Shown here in pieces: positions 49,424 through 59,060 of a DNA stretch of 64,000 nt. The stretch is from Syncephalis fuscata S228 (lineage: Eukaryota > Fungi > Zoopagomycota). The position numbers and the translations under genes are program-made. The notes below the pieces were generated by a model. That model searched no databases and had not been told where the DNA came from. It saw only the letters and a program-made list of their open reading frames with translations. Position 1 is the first letter of the stretch. Every line of letters begins with the position of its first letter. Location of the stretch: contig JAHLTZ010000028.1 of assembly GCA_025786725.1 (NCBI GenBank), positions 306,833 to 370,832 of the forward strand, written 5' to 3'.

Positions 49424-49824
49424 CCGCGTAAGAATTAGCTGTCCTCCCATTTCGTCTTGCCTTTTTATAGTAAATATTGCATTTTAATTAACAATTATAA
49501 TGGTGTCACGTTAAGACATAAAAGACTTTTATGTGCATGGTTGTGTTAGATGCCTATTGCCATAATTGCTTCACGTGGGATAATTTGGCCGATAACTAAT
49601 TATAAATTTTTAAATAAACACGGAGTGATGTCGTCTATTTTTACCGAAAGTTTGGTGGCTAGGTATTGGTTAATCAACGATACGTGTAGTAAAATCAATT
49701 TGATTAAGGCCTTATTTTTAAGATCTCCTTGAATTTGTTTTTTGCTAAAACTTGGCATACAGCAATTCAACTCATTTATTCACACCTAATTTGATGTCAT
49801 TTTTTACGAAAGATTCAGTATATC

Positions 49825-51737
49825 ATGTCACTGTTACTCTGCATAGTTTTATTTAATTTTATATCAATTGTTAGTGCATCATTTCTTATTCAGGATAGTA
49901 ATCATACATATAGCTATCCTACTTACGATCCTTTTGCCGTAAAAGTTGACATTTATAACATTTCAGGCGTATTAATTACACCGACATTTTTGGACTTGAA
50001 TCATTGCACATTCAAAGGAAATAGTTCTAGCTTTAACAATAACGTGTTTTCACAAGAAAATTTGGCAAATCATTTGCCTTTAATTGTATTAGTAGAAGAG
50101 CTAACGGCCACAACAGCAGGCTGCAAGACTGTGGCACAAGTAGGCCAACATTGAGAGTATTTTTACATCTAATTATGTATGTGTAGATTAGTGAAGCGGT
50201 TTATTTATATGGGCAATCATTAAGCAAATCAAATGGCTTGTCAATCAAGGCAGTGCTTTACATATTACGCAAAGATGTAAAGGGAGTGCCGGGTGGGCCG
50301 TTTAATACAAATTATTTCAGCTATACATCTGGTTTTTTAGATGGAACACCAATTATACCTATGGCAATGTTACCATCCAAATATAACGAAGAGGTGCTTT
50401 CTAGGCTTTCAGACATACAGAACCCGATCATTGTGACTGTGCAACAAGGTAAAGCATTAAGAATAGATGGCAAGTATGAGGTGCTGATTAACATAATAAT
50501 AAATACTGTAGAGGAGGGCCCATGGAACGCTGTCTTTTTTTCAGCAACTTATGTTGCGCTGGAATGGATTCTTTTTATAACAAATATACTTTTTATATTG
50601 CGTGGCGTTGAACGACTTGTAGTAAATTTGTTTACAAACAAGTTTCACATAAAGAAAAAAACCATAGTATTTATTGTTGCACTACTTTCAGTCCTGTGTA
50701 AGTTGTTACGAGTAGCGTTTTTGGACTAATCAAATGATAGTGTATACGTCAACTATCCTATTGAACCCGGCAACACGTAACTACCAGATTGTGATTGGAC
50801 TAAGTTCACTTTTATTTTCAATTGCCTTTCATTTGTTACAATTAGCATGGTAAGTTTACTAGCGCGCTAATTGTTGTTGGTTTTAAACCTGAGCGTACAC
50901 ATTAGGTGCTCCATTCAGACAGCATTGGATATACGCGAGCGTACGATTATACTTCAAATTGTCATCTATACAGGTTGTGTTTTGCAGTCAACTGCTTATT
51001 TTTTACAGCTTTTAAAGTGTTTTGCGGGTTCAATTGTTTTTTCCACCTATCTGGATTTAAGTGAAAAATATATAATTATGATACTTCAAGCAACTGGCAT
51101 GGTTGTGTTCTTTTACTACGGTATATTTATTTTATTTATTTCTGTTTATAATGCTGATTAGTTTGCGTATAGGCATTTTGTTCCATATACAAAAAAAAAG
51201 GCAGCGCAAGCATCCAATAACTGCACTGGCACTTAAGCAGGTAAGTGATACCTAAAAAATAGTTAAAGCCGCTTGATTGACACAAGTGTTAATTTGAATC
51301 TATAGCTTAGCTATATGTCTTTCTTTTGTTCGGTGTGCCTTGTGTTTGTCACAGTGTACAATACAATTGAAATGTATCCTGAATGGACACTTGGAGTATC
51401 GGCGACAATTGGGCGCATGCTATTATTAGACATTAGCAACACAGTTCGTTCTTTTGTATTGTTGTGTGTATTAGGTTTAAGAATACCTGGAATTGAGTCT
51501 CAAGAAACAAATATTGCACGAATGGTGCTTTATTATGTACTACGAAAATTCAGAACTAAAAGCCAACAAGAAGCACATACATCTAGACAGCCATCTGCAC
51601 AGCTTCGCTATTATTCAAAAGGACAGCCAAACGACATTTTCCCAGACTCAGACATCGATAATCGAGATACATATCCAAGTAGTTTTCTTCATAGTAATTG
51701 CAATATTCAGCGTCATCATCAAACGACTGTAATTTAA
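49825..51737 (+). CDS. Signal peptide + extracellular domain + multi-pass (about 6-7 TM) membrane protein, receptor-like
   Basis: N-terminal signal MSLLLCIVLFNFISIVSA, ~190-aa ectodomain with Cys pair, EEGPWN before a series of hydrophobic helices, polar cytoplasmic tail; GT-AG introns link the ORFs. Confidence 0.65.
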
Positions 51738-54664
51738 ATTATAATTTTTGCCACTATTGATATTATTCATAATGTATTACTACTACTACTACTACTACTA
51801 CTACTCTTATCAATGTTGATATTGATACTTGCTGCAAAAAATAAGCAAGTAAAGCTAACAATCTATTCTTTTGAAAGCGTTGATTGCTACTTAATATAAT
51901 ATATTTCTTTTAATTTTGTAAATTTTAACAGTATTCAGAAATATTTAACTATATTTTTACATTGATTTATCAACAGCAATAGTTATTAAGGCATCAAATT
52001 TAATAAACACTCTTTATGTTGTAACAAATAGAAACTTAATAACTGTCGTTTTGTTTACGCTCACTTCTAGCACATAAGCGTTAGTGGCTACTAATTAAAT
52101 GTTTACCTTAACATAACACGAATCTGATGTTATTATAAAATAAAAAAATAAATGATTCTCCTTTTAATTATCGATTACTGCAGTTAAACTTTTAATAACA
52201 AATAACATTTTTAACTAAAGCAGAAAAAAGAATATAGAACTAGGGATGTTGATATGTTTATTATCATTCCAATAAAGCTAATATTTTATAGTAAACACCA
52301 TTGTTAATAAAACTTGAGCCTTGTTCATATGATTAATCATATGTCAATAAATAACAGGTATTTACTGATTATGTTCTTGGATGGATGTTTGTTTGCGATT
52401 GTTAGTACTAGCATTTAGTATGTTGTTGTTGTGAATATTCACATGGTGGACGTCATGTATAAATCGCGTGATAGATAATCGCGTGACTAAAATACCGTAA
52501 CTCGGTATCATAACAATGTTGCAAATAGAAACGACAATATTATCATAAAAATAGTATTTTCAAGCATTTCTTTAGTTGTTAGCACTTTCCCGTTTTTTCA
52601 AAAATATATAATTTATATGTGTCGATGCGTCAAGACTATGCGGTCATATAAATGGCATTACGTATTTATAAATACATTATTAATAAAATTAAAAACCAGT
52701 GAAAAATTTTAATTAATCAAAAAAGACTGTAACAGTTCCGTTTGCCATTTGATAATATAAGCCTACACAAATACTAATTAGAAAATGTATAATAAATTAA
52801 TTAACTATAATTAATAAACAGTCAATTAAAGTTTGCAATAATATGTATCATTTATCTCTGTTACCTAACTAGTCTTATTATTATTATGGTTGGTCTATAA
52901 TAATTATTAGTATGCGACCATACATTGCAATATTGATATTATTCAATACACAATGACTATTGACACGTGTTCTCATTACAATTAATAACAACCATAATAC
53001 TATTTATTGCATATTTATATCGATAGTATTGATTAATAATATTGCATGTACACTGACGCACATTTCAACAACTGTGTTGCTGTATGTTGCTTGACTATAT
53101 ACTTTGTAATACTACATCCAACATGTACAACCTATTAGCATATTAGCATTAGTTATCATCAATGTAGGCTGGCTGTTACCGATAATGTTGTAAGTATACT
53201 AGGCAGCAGTTTCTATATTCTTATTTATTACTAATGAGTGCTAGTGTTGTTGTTGCTATGTATCACTAGATGCGTATGTATATAAATATCAACTGTCTGA
53301 TATGGCGTTTATATTGTAATATTGACAACAACGCTAGTAGTGATTACTAAGCCAATGTGGTTAGCAATATAGTACGTCAGATAGCTATCGGTGTGCATGC
53401 ATGTACCACTGTTGACTACAGCTGGCAAGACATGCAAATTGTATAAACATAGTTAGTACACATCTGCACTATGTCTAATGAAACCAACTTTGTCTTCAGT
53501 TGCCGATACTGTTGATAACAACTATCTAACAGCAGACACTGACTTATACATTAATTGCTTACAATAATGCATATGTTTATTGATTGTATAACAATTGATG
53601 CATCAATAGCTAGTATATACTGGTGTATACTGTTACCAAAAATGCTAATATTAGTGTCATGTTAATTAGCAAATAAATCGGTACATTATTAATATGGTAT
53701 TTTGCTAATGCCAGGCAATAAGTCAGTCCATTGTTAAGTGTGATTAGCTGTGTTATATATACAGCAATTATTGTGTATATTGCTTTATCGGTGCATATGT
53801 GCCAACATTTGGAAAGCACATAGTTGGGTGTCACTATAAACACGCCATTGTGTATCATTTATTAAAGACTTTTGCTTTTATATTTATAATAAAAACTATG
53901 TTTTATTATTCTGTACGGGCATACTCTCTACACACATGTATTATTCTCATTGCATATCTATGCCATTTTATATTAATCTTTAATATATTAAATGCATTCC
54001 AGTCATTCCATTCGTTATATATTTTCACAAGTTTATAAACTAGTACAATACAATAATTATGTATTGCAATATGCTACAAACACATACTAATACATAATAC
54101 TATTGTGTGTTGTACCCGCCACTTATATAGTTAAATTAAAATAAGATAAAAAATAAAGGTTTGCTGAGTTTTATTTATAGATCTATACAACTCACTATAT
54201 GGTTATCAATATATTTTAAATCATTATACTTTCGAATCCACACAATTAATATTATCTAATTCTAACACTATTACACATAAACAGATTTACTAATGTTTAT
54301 TATGTTTATGACATCAATAAATACTTTACAAGAATCTATCACAACTTTACAAATACTTACTAATTAGTTTACTTTCTTCCCTCCTCTATAGCCAACATTG
54401 CTATAAATACAATAGTAATTACTTACATCAAATTAAAATTATCCTCTTATCAAACATTCATTTATCTTCATTGTTATACTCTAACCCAGCCATAACAGTT
54501 ATACCTCTACATAATACTATACAATTGTGTAGTTTATATATCCTAAATTTTAAATGTAGTATACAGCAATATATACCCGCTGATGAATATACAAGTGTAC
54601 ACACAATGTTAACGGTTGAAAGTTGCTATAATCACGCAATAGCTAACAAATTAATGTTTATTGC

Positions 54665-55340
54665 TTAAATAATAATTAATTGTTAACCAGTAATCATTAT
54701 TAATTAACTAACTAGCAGATTGACTAATACAGTTGGCTATTACTACTAACTAACTACATCAGTTAATTAACTAGTGTTAGACAACGATGGTTATAGGTAA
54801 ACTAATTGACAAGTGGTAAATAGCAGCCATTATTAACTAATTGATTAACCGTTAAATAACAATCGTTATTAACTTAATTAGCTAAACCGATTAACTGATC
54901 ATTAACTAACTAGTTGATTGACTAATATTAGCTGGCTATTACCATTAGCTAACTAATGTTAATTGACTAACATTAGCTGGTTATTACTATTGATTAACTA
55001 GGCCAACTAATTAACTAGTGTTAGACAACAATTATTAATAATTATTAAGCACCAATCATTATTTATTAATTAACTAAATATTAACTAATATTAAATAAAT
55101 TATTATTAACTAATTAATTAATTATTAACTGGATTATTAATTAACACGATTTTACTTAATTTTTTAGTCTATATTCTATTGCTAAATGGCAAGGATACTC
55201 TTACATTTTTAGTTAATTATTACTTAATTTTTACTTAACTTTAGTTAGCTTTAATTAAGTAATTGGCTAATAATTAGTTAGTTAATTAACTAATGGTAAC
55301 GATAACCGTTTAACAACTTAGTTAACTTGTTAATTATTTA
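54665..55340. repeat. AT-rich TTAA/ACTAA low-complexity leader of the satellite
   Basis: Recurrent attaactaactag...gattgactaatattagctggctattac modules (~54703, 54901, ~54961); the same leader reappears at 63265-63560. Confidence 0.8.
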
Positions 55341-58300
55341 ACCAATTACTTAACTTTTAATTAACTTTTAGTCTATTTTTATTAACAAAATGGCAAGGAT
55401 ACCCTTACATTTCTAGTTAATTATTACTTAACTTTTTACTTAACTTTAGTTAACTTTTAATTAACTTTTTTAGCCGTATATTTGGTCGATTTTTGTTGGA
55501 TTTTTGTCGGATTTTTTTGGGAAAAACGGCCCAACTCCCCGTATTTTTAATTCCACGGATACTTGTCCTAAAAATACACGGTGCCACTTGTTCGAACCGC
55601 AAAAGCAGGCGTGTCGATCCTGATATGCTAAATAATCGCCAAAAATCGTGGGAATGCGTGAAAAATACGCGGAGTTGGACCTCCATACAAAAAACGGCAC
55701 TTTTTGCATGTTTTGATTTTTAATTCATTGGATAAATTTTTGGCGATTTTTTCGAATATATAGATCGACGCACTATATCATTGCGGTCAGAACAGTGGTT
55801 GTGTATTTTTAAGCAATTATCCGTAGAGTTAAAAATACGGGGAGTTTGATGACTAGTTTATAGTGGCATATTTCACGAATCCTAAGGATATCCCCTATAA
55901 CCAGCAAACTAGAACTCCCCGTATTTTTAACTCTACGGATAATTGATCTAAAAATACACAGGACCACTCGTTCGGACCGCAATGACATGGTGCGTCGATC
56001 CTGATATTCAAAAAAATCACCAAAAATTTATCCAATAATTAAAAATCAAAACATGCAAAAAGTGCCGTTTTTTGTATGGAGGTCCAACTCCGCGTATTTT
56101 TCATGCATTCCCACGATTTTTGGCGATTTTTAGCATATCAGGATCGACGCGCCTGCTTCTTGCGGTTGAACAAGTGGCACTGTGTATTTTTAGGTCAAGT
56201 ATCCGTGGAATTAAAAATACGGGGAGTTGGGCCGTTTTTCCCAAAAAAATCCGACAAAAATCCAACAAAAATCGACCAAATATACGGCTAAAAAAGTTAA
56301 TTAAAAGTTAACTAAAGTTAAGTAAAAAGTTAAGTAATATTTGACTAGAAATGTAAGGGTATCCTTGCCATTTTGTTAATAAATATAGACTAAAAGTTAA
56401 CTAAAGTTAAGTAATTAGTTAAGTAATTAACAAGTTAACTAAGTTGTTAAACGGTTATCATTACCATTAGTTAATTACTTAACTACATTAACTATTACTT
56501 AACTTTTAGTTAACTTTTAGTCTATATTTTATTCAAAATAGCAAGGATACCCTTACATTTCTAGTCAAATATTACTTAACTTTTTACTTAACTTTAGTTA
56601 ACTTTTAATTAACTTTTTTAGCCGTATATTTGGTCGATTTTTGTTGGATTTTTGTTGGATTTTTTGGGAAAAACGGCCCAACTCCCCGTATTTTTAATTC
56701 CACGGATACTTGTCCTAAAAATACACGGTGCCACTTGTTCGAACCGCAAGAAGCAGGCGCGTCGATCCTGATATGCTAAATAATCGCCAAAAATCGTGGG
56801 AATGCGTGAAAAATACGCGGAGTTGGACCTCCATACAAAAAACGGCACTTTTTGCATGTTTTGATTTTTAATTCATTGGATAAATTTTTGGCGATTTTTT
56901 CGAATATATAGATCGACGCACCATATTATTGCGGTCGAACGAGTGGTCCTGTGTATTTTTAGAGCAATTATCCGTAGAGTTAAAAATACGGGGAGTTTGA
57001 TGACTAGTTTATAGTGGCATATTTCACGAATCCTAAGATATCCCCTATAACCAGCAACTAGAACTCCCCGTATTTTTAACTCTACGGATAATTGCTCTAA
57101 AAATACACAGGACCACTCGTTCGACCGCAATGATATGGTGCGTCGATCTATATATTGAAAAAATCGCCAAAAATTTATCCAATGAATTAAAAATCAAAAC
57201 ATGCAAAAAGTGCCGTTTTTTGTATGGAGGTCCAACTCCGCGTATTTTTCACGCATTCCCACGATTTTTGGCGATTTTTTAGCATATCAGGATCGACGCG
57301 CCTGCTTCTTGCGGTTCGAACAAGTGGCACCGTGTATTTTTAGGACAAGTATCCGTGGAATTAAAAATACGGGGAGTTGGGCCGTTTTTCCCAAAAAAAT
57401 CCGACAAAAATCCAACAAAAATCGACCAAATATACGGCTAAAAAAGTTAATTAAAAGTTAACTAAAGTTAAGTAAAAAGTTAAGTAATATTTGACTAAAA
57501 TGTAAGGGATCCCTTGCTATTTTGACTATAAAATATAGACTAAAAGTTAACTAAAAGTTAAGTAATAGTTAATGTTAGTTAAGTAATTAACTAATGGTAA
57601 TGATAACCGTTTAACAACTTAGTTAACTTGTTAATTACTTAACTAATTACTTAACTTTAGTTAACTTTTAGTCTATATTTATTAACAAAATAGCAAGGAT
57701 ACCCTTACATTTCTAGTCAAATATTACTTAACTTTTTACTTAACTTTAGTTAACTTTTAATTAACTTTTTTAGCCGTATATTTGGTCGATTTTTGTTGGA
57801 TTTTTGTTGGATTTTTTGGGAAAAACGGCCCAACTCCCCGTATTTTTAATTCCACGGATACTTGTCCTAAAAATACACGGTGCCACTTGTTCGAACCGCA
57901 AGAAGCAGGCGCGTCGATCCTGATATGCTAAAAATCGCCAAAAATCGTGGGAATGCGTGAAAAATACGCGGAGTTGGACCTCCATACAAAAAACGACACT
58001 TTTTGCATGTTTTGATTTTTAATTCATTGGATAAATTTTTGGCGATTTTTTCGAATATATAGATCGACGCACCATATTATTGCGGTCAGAACGAGTGGTC
58101 CTGTGTATTTTTAGATCAATTATCCGTAGAGTTAAAAATACGGGGAGTTTAGTTTGCTGGTTATAGGGGATATCTTAGGATTTCGTGAAATATGCCACTA
58201 TAAACTAGTCATCAAACTCCGTATTTTTAACTCTACGGATAATTGCTCTAAAAATACACAGGACCACTCGTTCGACCGCAATGATATGGTGCGTCGATCT

Positions 58301-58730
58301 ATATATTCGAAAAAATCGCCAAAAATTTATCCAATGAATTAAAAATCAAAACATGCAAAAAGTGCCGTTTTTTGTATGGAGGTCCAACTCCGCGTATTTT
58401 TCACGCATTCCCACGATTTTTGGCGATTTTTAGCATATCAGGATCGACGCGCCTGCTTCTTGCGGTTCGAACAAGTGGCACCGTGTATTTTTAGGACAAG
58501 TATCCGTGGAATTAAAAATACGGGGAGTTGGGCCGTTTTTCCAAAAAAATCCGACAAAAATCCAACAAAAATCGACCAAATATACGGCTAAAAAAGTTAA
58601 TTAAAAGTTAACTAAAGTTAAGTAAAAAGTTAAGTAATATTTGACTAAAATGTAAGGGTATCCTTGCTATTTTGTATAAAATATAGACTAAAAGTTAACT
58701 AAAGTTAAGTAATAGTTAAGTAATTAAAGT
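55340..58730. repeat. Nested inverted-repeat satellite forming a ~3.4-kb palindrome centred near 57030
   Basis: Six ~500-bp arms in alternating orientation separated by ~65-bp cores (55847-55912, 56998-57061, 58150-58214) and 40-bp AT spacers (56431-56470, 57591-57630); period ~1150 bp. Confidence 0.95.
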
Positions 58731-58928
58731 TAATAATTGTTAGCTTAATTAGTTATTATATTATTGCCTGTTGACAAAACTTTTTATTCTCGAAATGTAG
58801 GTGATGTTACTAATTGCACTTAAATGGATATTAGGCTACTAGGGCCAAAGAGGAAAGAAAGGTAGAAATAAAGGAGAAAAGTTTCAGAACGTTCCAAACA
58901 ACAGGCACCAGGGTCAGTGGCTGGGTGG

Positions 58929-59060
58929 GTGGAGGGACGAAGCAACTTAAAATAAAGGAGAAAAGTAGTGGAATCCGATGAATTGGATTCCTCGGCTTCC
59001 TTTATAGTTGTTTTGTCCCGACAATAAAGCGCTATTTAAAATTTTTAAATAGCCGCATTA
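58929..59060 (-). repeat. Direct repeat A2 of the retrotransposon
   Basis: gtggagggacgaagc...aatagccgcatta, identical by eye to 63137-63268; its first three bases on the minus strand are the YR stop codon. Confidence 0.95.

Noticed and set aside
56350-56370. GTATCCTT resembling a U12 intron donor in the satellite
   Set aside because: Part of a non-coding repeated module with no exon context or U12 branch site.
55450-58591. Family of near-identical 60-86 aa ORFs (MEVQLRVFF..., MQKVPFFVW...), also at 63706-63957
   Set aside because: They are translations of the satellite arms; frames shift between copies and there is no domain or splice structure.
55340-58730. CRISPR-like repeat/spacer array
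   Set aside because: Eukaryotic context, repeats are long and inverted, the intervening cores are copies of each other, and there are no cas genes.
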